Shown: positions 53,101 to 61,194 of the stretch, one piece after another
Numbering within the stretch: position 1 is the first letter of the stretch
How the letters are laid out: each line of letters begins with the position of its first letter
NCBI GenBank assembly: GCA_018303485.1
Contig: JAGVYC010000008.1
Coordinates: 1 to 61,610, forward strand
DNA from: Candidatus Woesearchaeota archaeon
GTDB lineage: Archaea; Nanobdellota; Nanobdellia; SCGC-AAA011-G17; JACPNG01
DNA length: 61,610 bases
Reading direction: 5' to 3'
Translations under genes and position numbers: made by a program
The notes under the pieces: generated by a model
What the model saw: the letters and a program-made list of their open reading frames with translations, nothing else
The model's database searches: none
Told to the model about the DNA's origin: nothing

Positions 53101-55232
53101 ATTACACAATAATTATAAACAACACAATAAGAAACAATGTCATCTCAGGCATCTCCATATTCGGCTCTAATAGCACAAAGATATTAAACAATTCAATATT
53201 CAACAGCAAGAGGGATGGAATCTACATTGAAGACTCAGAAGGCATATCAATCTTAGAGAATATAATATTAAATAACTCGCAAAGTGGGATTTACGACCCA
53301 TCATCAAACAACTTGGTTTATAACAACAGCGAGGCAGGAATAAGATTAAATTCAAGCAATTACAGCATCATAGAAAATAACAATCTGAGCTACAATGGAA
53401 TAATCTCTTATGTTACAGAATTTTACATGAGCGCCGCTGTATATAGAAATGATGCTTTGGGTGCCGTATACAATTTCACTGCTACTGCTGGAGCGTCAGG
53501 CAGTGAATTTTTCTATATCCTCAATCTTGGGGAATCAATAAGCGTTGTAACAAACAATACAAACGTAAGCCTTCTTGTGAATGGAACAGCCAATGTACAC
53601 CTTGCCTTGGTGAAAATAAATTCTTCTGATATCGGCTGGGGGCATAGCAATCTGACAACATTCTTTGATAATAGCGTTGCCTCGAGCTGCTTGGGCATAG
53701 CACAATATATATCTAATACAGTTCTGCCCAACTCTGCAGATGAAACAAACTGCACGTACTTCCAGGCCAATATCTTCACTGCAAATGGCAATAACAATTA
53801 TACTTATAATGGATTGACAAATGCAACAATAACTCAAGACTCAAGAACTTTAACCCCATCATTATCAGCAGTTTCAACAGTAAACATTGCTAACTTAATC
53901 CTATCAGAATCATCAGATAATAATATAACAAACAACACCATAACATTAAGTTCTGGCTATGGTGTCTTGTTAGATACAGTGAATAATAGCATATTTACAA
54001 ACAACACAATTTTAAGGAATATACAGCCAGCTGTCAGGGCATTAGGAGATTCAAGCTTGATAAACAAAATAATAAACAGCACAAATGTAACAACAAGTGT
54101 TGCATCCAGCATACTGAAAGTCTACTGGTTCTTAATGGTTTATGCTCACGATGGAAATACAGCATTTGAAAACGTAAATGTTTCATTCTACAATAAAACA
54201 GGAATCTACATAACATCAGCTTTAACCTTAAGTCTTGGCTATACCCCTGAATTAACATTGCTTGAATACCAGCATGACGGTAATACAAGAACATATTATA
54301 CGAATTATACAACAAATGCAACAAGGCCAGGTACATTGGATAAGGCCTCAATATCCTATAACTTTACAAGCTCCAGTTTAGTTGATTTAAGCATGCCAGC
54401 TGATCAATCAGGAGGCGGCGGTGGCGGAGGCGGCGGTGGCGACAATCCACCAGGTGGCTGTACAGACGAATGTTCATCAGGCCAGAGAACTTGCTCAGGC
54501 TTATCTGCTTACAAAGAATGCGGCAATTATGATGATGATGTTTGCTTGGAATTTGGTTCTGGAAGAGCATGCAGTAATGACTTGAAATGTTACAGTGGAA
54601 ATTGTATTCTAGAATGCGCTCCAGACTGGCAGTGTTCTTCCTGGAGCTCTTGCATTAACGAAAAGCAAACAAGAACCTGCATAGACAAAAACATCTGCAA
54701 TTCTCAAAAGCCAATGGAAGAGATAAAATGCTCAGAATTAATTAAAATAAAAGAAGCAGCACCAGAATATAATGTAACATGCTTTGAAGCTAAAGGCCTT
54801 TCAGAAGAAGAAATAATTGTATATAGTGATTTGCTGAAAATAACTTCCTGCAAGGATGAAAGAGAAAAATTGGTAAATATAGATACGAGATTCAGGTGCA
54901 ATGGCATTGAAATAAGCATAAATGATGCCTCATTAAATATTGTTTACAAGGAAAAGCCTAGCTTCTTCCTTAACATGAATCAAAATGACCAGCATAAAAA
55001 ATACTGCCCATGGTGCTTCAATAATAAAAAAGACTATGATGAAACAGGCATTGACTGCGGAGGCTCTTGCATGCCTTGCAATGAAAAATCAAGGCTAGAA
55101 TTTCCATTAAAGCCAGCAAAGCCGGATTACAGGCTAGCAATTTTCATTGGAAGCTCAATGGTTGCAATATCTATTGGTTATTTGTTTTTATTCAGAAGAA
55201 AAAGAAATAGGAAAATAAAAAAATGGAATTGA
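50139..55232 (+). CDS. giant (1697 aa) surface protein: N-terminal anchor/signal, long parallel beta-helix repeat region, Gly linker, Cys-rich modules, C-terminal TM anchor
   Basis: Dozens of ~22-aa N-N-(T/S)-I...G-I repeats (PbH1-like) and very dense N-x-S/T sequons. Also a (GGN)10 tract, CAPDWQCSSWSSCINEKQTRTC, DETGIDCGGSCMPC, and a terminal LAIFIGSSMVAISIGYLFLF-RRKRNRK. Confidence 0.85.
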   Translation: MKRRDNKVKKKVKKNIKIFVILVSIILALLIIKIINIQEITGFAVLTTITQANFNAGTYNETFYNTTTLAVQLNLTDDRAILSGNYTSQVFDAVIATNWRNLSWTENITNRSGNVSFRVRSCFTSNCAEQRPFVGPDNTTITYFWQSNLSLLNNTLTPDSRYFQYMAFFAALDNDSNADGPILHNVSVDYGDCVEPINDMYINENTTLCFGTFYVNDTDGDSNVITISNDSVFVTCNKTNLVGNLSGNGFYLNSKSYVTISGCWMVNYTTAIRLITSNFTTITENNITNITVSGIRISDYSNSNIIDNNSIMFANGSSTAAIFLQSNSLNNTVKKNLIKHNGNKGLDINAGNTTIINNTIINNTYGISVGSVLNITIANNTIAYNDLDGINGAGNGGWNSSLIYDNFIIGNLGSGGCAGSFGINIILSYNNYFYNNILNNSGCDVYDNGQNFWNTSNYSGTNIIGGPMIGGNYYSDYGFYDYYSDGDGIGELSYRNGLINSYDALPLTNSRCLVPNNIPRIERSVVLCPGIYSVVDNSDNGAMNITNSSVIIECNQTRIIGTRNQERIINTNPGSGQLTNITVKNCYFEPRGAAIQMINTSSSYIYDNVINMSANVITTIYLYNVNNSLIANNTFANTSNEAIEMNDVSNSIFENNTIWKISGHGMEFESKLPSTNVTIRNNLINYTVSNGITSNVGTAIYINNSKFYNNTFANIGATGDGSVEACIVIAGFGNEFIGNKLLNCTGIGISSGLGVTGAIVNSGDSYFIKSNTVNGTANNNNPVFNIQGSNITIINNTIERRGTGTAIAMSLKDINNSYIVNNTIMNISYGIVISDGDVNPSGSLNSKNITITGNVFLNITNNAMILAGDNFTIYNNTLVSYTPSSITAPGIYGISLNNSKVYNNTIYRYAEGIAIFNSENTSITNNSLYENILFGINITSSKNMSITNNAINNNTQQGILILKSSNITVEKNIIFNNSKDGISVNFSNYTIIINNTIRNNVISGISIFGSNSTKILNNSIFNSKRDGIYIEDSEGISILENIILNNSQSGIYDPSSNNLVYNNSEAGIRLNSSNYSIIENNNLSYNGIISYVTEFYMSAAVYRNDALGAVYNFTATAGASGSEFFYILNLGESISVVTNNTNVSLLVNGTANVHLALVKINSSDIGWGHSNLTTFFDNSVASSCLGIAQYISNTVLPNSADETNCTYFQANIFTANGNNNYTYNGLTNATITQDSRTLTPSLSAVSTVNIANLILSESSDNNITNNTITLSSGYGVLLDTVNNSIFTNNTILRNIQPAVRALGDSSLINKIINSTNVTTSVASSILKVYWFLMVYAHDGNTAFENVNVSFYNKTGIYITSALTLSLGYTPELTLLEYQHDGNTRTYYTNYTTNATRPGTLDKASISYNFTSSSLVDLSMPADQSGGGGGGGGGGDNPPGGCTDECSSGQRTCSGLSAYKECGNYDDDVCLEFGSGRACSNDLKCYSGNCILECAPDWQCSSWSSCINEKQTRTCIDKNICNSQKPMEEIKCSELIKIKEAAPEYNVTCFEAKGLSEEEIIVYSDLLKITSCKDEREKLVNIDTRFRCNGIEISINDASLNIVYKEKPSFFLNMNQNDQHKKYCPWCFNNKKDYDETGIDCGGSCMPCNEKSRLEFPLKPAKPDYRLAIFIGSSMVAISIGYLFLFRRKRNRKIKKWN

Positions 55233-55393
55233 AAAGAAAGATCTACAAAAGGGGAAGTTCTTATGAAACAACAATCCCACAGACTTTACTATTCAAATTA
55301 GATATTGACAAGAAGAAACATCAAATAATCTTTAAGTTCGACAATCAGGCAGATAAATGGTACATTGAATTTGAAGAATTGCAACATTCATAG
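55223..55393 (+). CDS. AbrB/SpoVT-like gene, copy 2 (56 aa, altered C-terminus; below the ORF-track cutoff)
   Basis: The first ~153 nt are ~97% identical to 49961-50113 (5 mismatches). It reads MELKRKIYKRGSSYETTIPQTLLFKLDIDKKKHQIIFKFDNQADKWYIEFEELQHS*. Confidence 0.45.
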   Translation: MELKRKIYKRGSSYETTIPQTLLFKLDIDKKKHQIIFKFDNQADKWYIEFEELQHS

Positions 55394-55434
55394 CTGTTGG
55401 CTTGAGCTATCTTATTCTGTTCAGGAGAAGGTAG
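55381..55434 (+). pseudogene. remnant of a surface-protein C-terminal membrane anchor
   Basis: Reads ATFIAVGLSYLILFRRR*. It shares the 17-mer CATTCATAGCTGTTGGC with 56592-56608. Confidence 0.45.
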
Positions 55435-55454
55435 AACTACCTTAATATTTGGCG

Positions 55455-55468
55455 AAAGGCTTAAATAC
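55455..55468 (+). promoter_or_regulatory. BRE/TATA-like box AAAGGCTTAAATAC for the MNT gene (leaderless spacing)
   Basis: Centre is about 28 nt upstream of the ATG at 55491. Confidence 0.45.
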
Positions 55469-55490
55469 CAATGTAACATAATTGTTACAC

Positions 55491-56039
55491 ATGGAACAAA
55501 AAAGTTACAAATTGGAAATTGTAAATGAGCTTTTGAATAACAGCAACCATGTAAGGGGACTGGCAAAAGAACTAAACATAAATCACATGAATATATCAAG
55601 GAAAATAAAAGAGCTTGCAAAAGAAAATGTTGTGGATTACAAGGAAGAAGGTAAAAATAAGACATATTTTTTAAAGAAAAGTATAGAAGCAAGAAACTAT
55701 GCATTTCTAGCTGAAAACTATAAGTTAAACAGGTTTTTAGGAAGCTACCCTAATTTAAGGAGGGTAATTGAGAATATTCAAAAAGACAGGCGAATCAGAC
55801 TGGCAATTTTGTATGGATCTTATGCTAAGGGCATTGCTAAACCTAATAGCGATATCGATATTTATATCGACACAGACAACAAAATGATAAAGGAAGACCT
55901 TAGTTTATTTGATACAAAATTAAGCATAAAGACAGGTAGTTACAACAAATCCAACTTGTTGATTAAAGAAATTGAAAAGAACCATATTATACTAAAAGGT
56001 GTTGAACAATATTATGAAAAGAACAAATTTTTTGATTAA
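55491..56039 (+). CDS. wHTH + minimal nucleotidyltransferase (MNT) domain protein, antitoxin-type
   Basis: N-terminal HTH (VRGLAKELNINHMNISRKIKEL) and the NTase motif LYGSYAKG...SDIDIYID. Confidence 0.7.
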   Translation: MEQKSYKLEIVNELLNNSNHVRGLAKELNINHMNISRKIKELAKENVVDYKEEGKNKTYFLKKSIEARNYAFLAENYKLNRFLGSYPNLRRVIENIQKDRRIRLAILYGSYAKGIAKPNSDIDIYIDTDNKMIKEDLSLFDTKLSIKTGSYNKSNLLIKEIEKNHIILKGVEQYYEKNKFFD

Positions 56040-56490
56040 GTTAAATAAAAAAGGTATAATTGATATTGTAAAACCCAGCGACGAAATATCTCAGTCATAT
56101 ATTATGAAGTCTGAAAGCAATCTTATTTCTGCAAAAATTCTGTTGGCAAATGAGAGACTAGAAGAATCTGTTGGCCTTGCGTATTATAGTATGTATCACT
56201 CCCTAACAGCACTTTTATTTAAAATAGGTATAAAATCAGAAAATCATAATGCTTCAATAATCTTGCTAAAAGAATTAGTTGGTTTGTCTAATAATGATAT
56301 TCTCAATGCCAAAAAGGAAAGAGTGGACAAACAATACTATGTTAATTTTATGATAACAAAAGAGGCAGTTAATGACACTATAAAACAAGCTGAAAGATTC
56401 AATAGTCATATAGTGGATTTTATTTCAAAAATTAATAATGAAGATATTAATACTTATAGGAAAAAGTTTATCAAGTTAATTAAAGAGTAA
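56014..56490 (+). CDS. HEPN domain protein, toxin-type partner of MNT
   Basis: Helical ~158-aa protein overlapping the MNT 3' end. AYYSMYHSLTALL and KKERVDKQY fit HEPN helices. The pairing with MNT is the main evidence. Confidence 0.6.
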   Translation: MKRTNFLIKLNKKGIIDIVKPSDEISQSYIMKSESNLISAKILLANERLEESVGLAYYSMYHSLTALLFKIGIKSENHNASIILLKELVGLSNNDILNAKKERVDKQYYVNFMITKEAVNDTIKQAERFNSHIVDFISKINNEDINTYRKKFIKLIKE

Positions 56491-56533
56491 TGCTATATCA
56501 GAATTAGATATAAGTCTTGCGACATAAAACTGA

Positions 56534-56659
56534 AAGATCCCAATAAAGCTAGCAAAGCAGGATTACAGACCAGTTATTTTTGCTATTGCTGCATTCATAG
56601 CTGTTGGCATCTGGTATGCTCTCTTGTTTAAAAAAAAGATAAACAGACTATTTTTTTAG
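56534..56659 (+). pseudogene. remnant of a paralogous surface-protein C-terminus (stalk end plus TM anchor), no start codon
   Basis: Reads KIPIKLAKQDYRPVIFAIAAFIAVGIWYALLFKKKINRLFF*, compared with the giant protein end PLKPAKPDYRLAIFIGSSMVAISIGYLFLFRRKRNRK. Stop codons lie immediately upstream. Confidence 0.5.
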
Positions 56660-57223
56660 TCTTTTCAGAACGTCCTTAACAATATTTTTGTCAGGCAGTT
56701 TAGAATTTCCAAATTCATTAACAAAAGTCAAGATCTCAAGTCCATATTTTTTTTCATGCTCGTCTTCATCAGCGTAGCCCAAGGTTATTACAGCTTCAAC
56801 ATCAATATCGTCCGGTATTCTTAATATTCTTTTTATTGCAAAATCATCAAATGCAGCAACAAAGCAGCTTCCAAGCCTGTGCTCTAAGGCAGCAAGCATG
56901 ATATTCTGGCTTACAATAGCACAGTTCTGCACAGCATATTTTTTCCCGCGGTCTTCATATTCATCAATAACTTCATGCGGATCATTGCATACAACAACAT
57001 GAACAGGAGCTTCCAGCATCCACATCTGCCTTAAGCATGCGACAGAAATTTCTTTTCTTTTTTCTTCATCAGTAACTATTACAAATCTCCAGTTCTGCAG
57101 GTTTCCAGATGAAGGTGCTTCCTTTGCAGCATCCAATATTTCAAGAACATCTGTTATCTTTACACTCTTGTCCTTGTACTTTCTGACAGAGCATCTTTCT
57201 TTTATGGCTTCAAGTAATTGCAT
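56648..57223 (-). CDS. nitroreductase family protein
   Basis: RCSVRKYKDKSV, APSSGNLQNWRFVIV, and size ~190 aa. Confidence 0.8.
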   Translation of the reverse strand: MQLLEAIKERCSVRKYKDKSVKITDVLEILDAAKEAPSSGNLQNWRFVIVTDEEKRKEISVACLRQMWMLEAPVHVVVCNDPHEVIDEYEDRGKKYAVQNCAIVSQNIMLAALEHRLGSCFVAAFDDFAIKRILRIPDDIDVEAVITLGYADEDEHEKKYGLEILTFVNEFGNSKLPDKNIVKDVLKRLKK

Positions 57224-57260
57224 GATAAAACATTTAAACTGAATCTTTTTATAGTTTTCT

Positions 57261-59001
57261 ATGGATTATGGCTTATTGGTAGATTGTTATGAATCTTTAA
57301 ATAAAACAACAAAAAGGCTTGAAAAAACCTACATAATCTCAAAATTGCTAAAAAAAATACAAAAAGAAGACATTCAACAGGTAATCTATCTTCTTCAAGG
57401 CCTTGTCTTTCCTCCTTGGGACGAGCATAAACTAGGCATGAGTTCTTTGCTCATAGTCAAAGCCCTATCATCTATAACTGGAAATTCAAAAGAAAAAGTC
57501 GAAAAGCTATGGAAAAAAGAAGGAGACCTAGGCTTGGTTTCAGAGCTGTTAATCAAAGACATAAAGCAAAAAACATTAATGCAGAAAAAACTTACAACGA
57601 GCTTGATTTTTAACAACTTAAGAAAGCTCGCAGAATTAACAGGGAAAGGGGCAATAAACAGAAAAATCCAGCTTCTTTCAGAATTGCTTGCAAACTCCAG
57701 GCCATTGGAATCGAAGTATATAGTAAAAACAGTCCTGAATAATTTAAGGATAGGCATAGCAGAAGGCATTATAAGGGATGCAATTGTCTGGGCATTTTTC
57801 GAGCATGAAATAAAATTCAGCTATAATGAGAAAGAAAACATATTTGATGTTAATAGGGAAGATTACAACAAGTACATTGATGCAATTCAGTCAGCATATG
57901 ATGTTACAAATGATTACGGTGAAATAGCTTTGATAGCATTGGCAAGAGGATTGCAGGGATTAAAAGAGACCCAGATAGACATAAGCAAGCCAATAAATCC
58001 AATGCTGGCCATAAGGGTAGAATCAGTAGATGATGCGCTAGAAGCATTGGGCACTCCTGTTTTATGCGATTTAAAATTAGATGGCTTCAGGTTATTGATT
58101 CATAGAAAAGAAAACAAGTTCTGGTTTTACACTAGAAGATTGGAAAATGTTACAAAACAGTTTGCAGAGTTAATGCCAATACTGAATGATTGCATCAAAG
58201 GCTCTTCTTATATCATAGATTCAGAAGTTGTTGGTTATGATCCAAAAACAAAAAAATATCTTCCTTTTCAGGCAATCTCTCAAAGGATAAAAAGAAAGTA
58301 TAATATAGAAAAAATAGCAAAGGAGGTTCCAGTTGAGATAAATATATTTGATATAGTGTATTACAATGGCAAGCCTTTGCTTGAGCATCCGCAAATGGAA
58401 AGGCGCGAGCTGCTTGAAAAGATAGTTAAAGAAATTCCTAATAAAAAAAAAAATAATAAGTTCAGATCCAAGAGAAATACAAGGGTTCTTTGATAATGCA
58501 ATACGCCTTGGCCTTGAAGGAGTCATGGTAAAAAATATAAATACCAAGTATGTATCTGGAAGAAAAGTAGGCGGCTGGATTAAGCTAAAGGCAATTCCTG
58601 AAACATTAGACCTGGTTATAACAGAGTCTGATTATGGCGAAGGAAAAAGAGCAAAGACCTTGAGCAGTTATACAGTTTCATGTTCATCCAAGAACAAGCT
58701 GCTTGTTGTTGGCAAGGTCTCAACAGGTGTAAAAGAAAAAGAAGGGGAATTTACCTATTCAGAAATTACAAAATTATTAAAGCCGTTAATTATGATGGAG
58801 GAGGGAAAGCATGTCATCTTGAAGCCATGGCTTGTAATAGAAGTTGCTTATGAAGAAATACAAAGATCTCCAAAATACGAATCAGGTTTTGCATTAAGAT
58901 TTCCAAAAGTATTAAGAATCCGCTTGGATAAGGGTGTAAAAGACATTTCTGCATTGGCAGATATAGAAAGAATCTACAAAAAACAGAAAGGAAAAAGATA
59001 A
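57261..59001 (+). CDS. lig: ATP-dependent DNA ligase, reading frame broken at an A11 tract (58443-58453)
   Basis: ORF 57261-58493 carries the DNA-binding and adenylation domains (CDLKLDGFRLLIH). ORF 58525-59001, in the +1 frame, carries LEGVMVK, GGWIKLK and the OB domain. Reading IISSDPREIQGFFDNAIRLGLEGVMVK in the second frame bridges the gap. Confidence 0.8.
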
Positions 59002-59281
59002 TCTTCAATATATATAATGAAACCTTCACTCATTCATTATTGTTTGATAGCACAAAATAATTTATAAATAAAATAAAATAACTACTTTAGAATAGAAACT
59101 CATTATTTTTCTTAATTTAATAATTAAAAAATAATAATCTTTAAATACCAGCGTATTACTATTAAACCTAAGTTTATATTGAGACAAAGTAAATAACACT
59201 AATTAATATTGACAAGTGGTTAATAACAATTACACAAAAACAAAATTAAAAAAGGGGTTTTACCTGGGAGGGTAGTGCAGA

Positions 59282-60106
59282 ATGATTGTAAAAGAAGACT
59301 TTTTAAACAAGTTAAGACGTTCATTTAACCTTAATCTTTATGAAGTAAGGATTTGGACAGCATTGTTGTCAAGGGGCGTTTCAACCGCAGGAGAGTTGTC
59401 AGACATTGGTAATGTTCCTAGATCAAGAGCTTATGATGTTCTCGAGTCTTTAGAAAAAAAGGGTTTTGTTGTTCTCAAGCTTGGTAAGCCTATAAAATAT
59501 ATTGCAGTTGAACCAAAAGAAGTTGTTGAAAGGGTTAAGAAGAATATCAGGGAAGAATCAGACAACTCTGTCAAAAGATTAGAAGACTTAAGGGGAACAG
59601 ATGTTCTTAAGGAGCTTGATACATTGCACAGTGAAGGCATTGAGTTTGTTGAATCATCTGATCTGTCTGGTGCAATAAGAGGCAGGCATAATATCTATAC
59701 ACATTTGGAGCTTATGGTAAAGAACGCCCAGAAAAGTGTCAACATAATGACAACATCAAAGGGCTTAATAAGAAAAGTCGAGGCTTTGAAGCCAGAGCTT
59801 GAAAAATTAAGCAAAAAGAATGTTAAAATAAGAATTGCAGCCCCATTAAACAAGGAATGCTCAGCAGCTGCAAAAGACCTGTTGAAAGTAGCTGATATAA
59901 AGTCCATTGATAAGATAGCAGCCAGGTTCTGCATAATTGATGGCAAGGAGCTAATGTTTATGATAATGGATGATGCTGATGTCCATCCAACTTATGATGT
60001 TGGAATATGGATAACAACACCTTTCTTTGCAAATGCATTGAATGGATTGTTCGAAATTGCATGGAAGGACATGGATCCGGCAGACAAGATTCTTTCTAAA
60101 ATCTAA
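59282..60106 (+). CDS. TrmB family transcriptional regulator
   Basis: LYEVRIWTALLSRGVSTAGELSDIGNVPRSRAYDVLESLEKKGFV wHTH plus a C-terminal effector-like domain. Confidence 0.8.
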   Translation: MIVKEDFLNKLRRSFNLNLYEVRIWTALLSRGVSTAGELSDIGNVPRSRAYDVLESLEKKGFVVLKLGKPIKYIAVEPKEVVERVKKNIREESDNSVKRLEDLRGTDVLKELDTLHSEGIEFVESSDLSGAIRGRHNIYTHLELMVKNAQKSVNIMTTSKGLIRKVEALKPELEKLSKKNVKIRIAAPLNKECSAAAKDLLKVADIKSIDKIAARFCIIDGKELMFMIMDDADVHPTYDVGIWITTPFFANALNGLFEIAWKDMDPADKILSKI

Positions 60107-61194
60107 CCATTATTTTTCATTTTCTTTAATTTTTTAAATCCATTTGTTAGAATTCTCGTTCTTTCTTTTACAATGTGGGTTGAAAGCTGCCTTAATCTTG
60201 CACTTGTTGTTCCTGGCCTTGGGCTGTATTTTGATATATTAAGAACATCAGGCTTTATTTCTTCTATTAAGGAGACTGTTTTTGAAAAATCATCCTCTGA
60301 TTCAGAAGGATACCCTGCTATCACATCAGTGATTATATCTATTTTATGAAACTCTTTTCTAAATCTCTTGACAATCTCCTTGAAATCCTTAATGCTATAG
60401 TTCCTGTTCATTTCCTTAAGCACCTTATCGCTTCCTGATTGCACTGGGACATGCAGGAATTTTATTATTTTTTTATCTTTGTAGGCGTCAATAAGCCCGT
60501 CTAAAAATTTTTTAACATGCTCTGGATTCATCATCCCAACTCTTAATGAGAACCTGCCATTAACAGCAGCAAGTTTTTTAAGCAGCCTTGGCAGGTTAGT
60601 GTTTAAATCAAGCCCATAGCATCCATTGTCAGTTGATGTTATGTTTATCTTTTTATGGCCTAATTTCAAGTATCTTTTCAATTCTTTTGCAATTTCCTCT
60701 TCTGAATATGACTTAACATAACCCTTTGCTAGCTTAGTTTCGCAAAAATTGCACGCTGAAGTGCAGCCTTGCGCTATCTGCAGGCTTATCTTATTTTCAT
60801 TAAACAACTTGGGCAGGCCTAAAATATTCTCTTTCCTCTTTCCAATATAAAAATCCACCCTGTTATTCATCAAGCCATTAACAGCATCATTTATTTTTGT
60901 TATATGGAACGTATTGACCAGCGATGCTTTTGGCGCAATTCTTTTCAGCAGTTTCTGTTCTGATTCTGCCATGCACCCTGTAATTATCAGTTTTTTATTC
61001 CTGAATTTTTCAACAGCAGATTTGACTTTGTTTGCAGTTACTCCCTTGACAACGCAGGAATTTATTATGACAACATCAGCACTTTCAGCATTTTGGATTA
61101 TATAGTGTTTATTCTCATTTAATATTCCTTTGATTATGTCAGAATTATCCTGGTTTGCAGTGCAGCCATAGGTTACTAGGCATACATTAGCCAT
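60103..61194 (-). CDS. MiaB/MtaB-like radical SAM methylthiotransferase, short (no obvious TRAM domain)
   Basis: UPF0004 N-domain (TYGCTANQDNSD) and AQGCTSACNFC (Cx4Cx2C). The protein ends soon after the radical SAM core. Confidence 0.75.
   Translation of the reverse strand: MANVCLVTYGCTANQDNSDIIKGILNENKHYIIQNAESADVVIINSCVVKGVTANKVKSAVEKFRNKKLIITGCMAESEQKLLKRIAPKASLVNTFHITKINDAVNGLMNNRVDFYIGKRKENILGLPKLFNENKISLQIAQGCTSACNFCETKLAKGYVKSYSEEEIAKELKRYLKLGHKKINITSTDNGCYGLDLNTNLPRLLKKLAAVNGRFSLRVGMMNPEHVKKFLDGLIDAYKDKKIIKFLHVPVQSGSDKVLKEMNRNYSIKDFKEIVKRFRKEFHKIDIITDVIAGYPSESEDDFSKTVSLIEEIKPDVLNISKYSPRPGTTSARLRQLSTHIVKERTRILTNGFKKLKKMKNNG

Noticed and set aside
50393-54919. Numerous 60-105-aa antisense or off-frame ORFs inside the giant gene (e.g. 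53513-53797, 54034-54351)
   Set aside because: All are embedded in the continuous 1697-aa frame, which has clear repeat and domain structure. Their compositions are typical of non-coding frames.
49961-55375. Diversity-generating retroelement (template/variable repeat) explanation for the near-identical repeats
   Set aside because: The mismatches between copies are not adenine-specific (c/a, a/t, g/a, c/t, t/c). No reverse transcriptase gene is present, and the repeats are regulator genes rather than the C-terminal variable region of a target protein.
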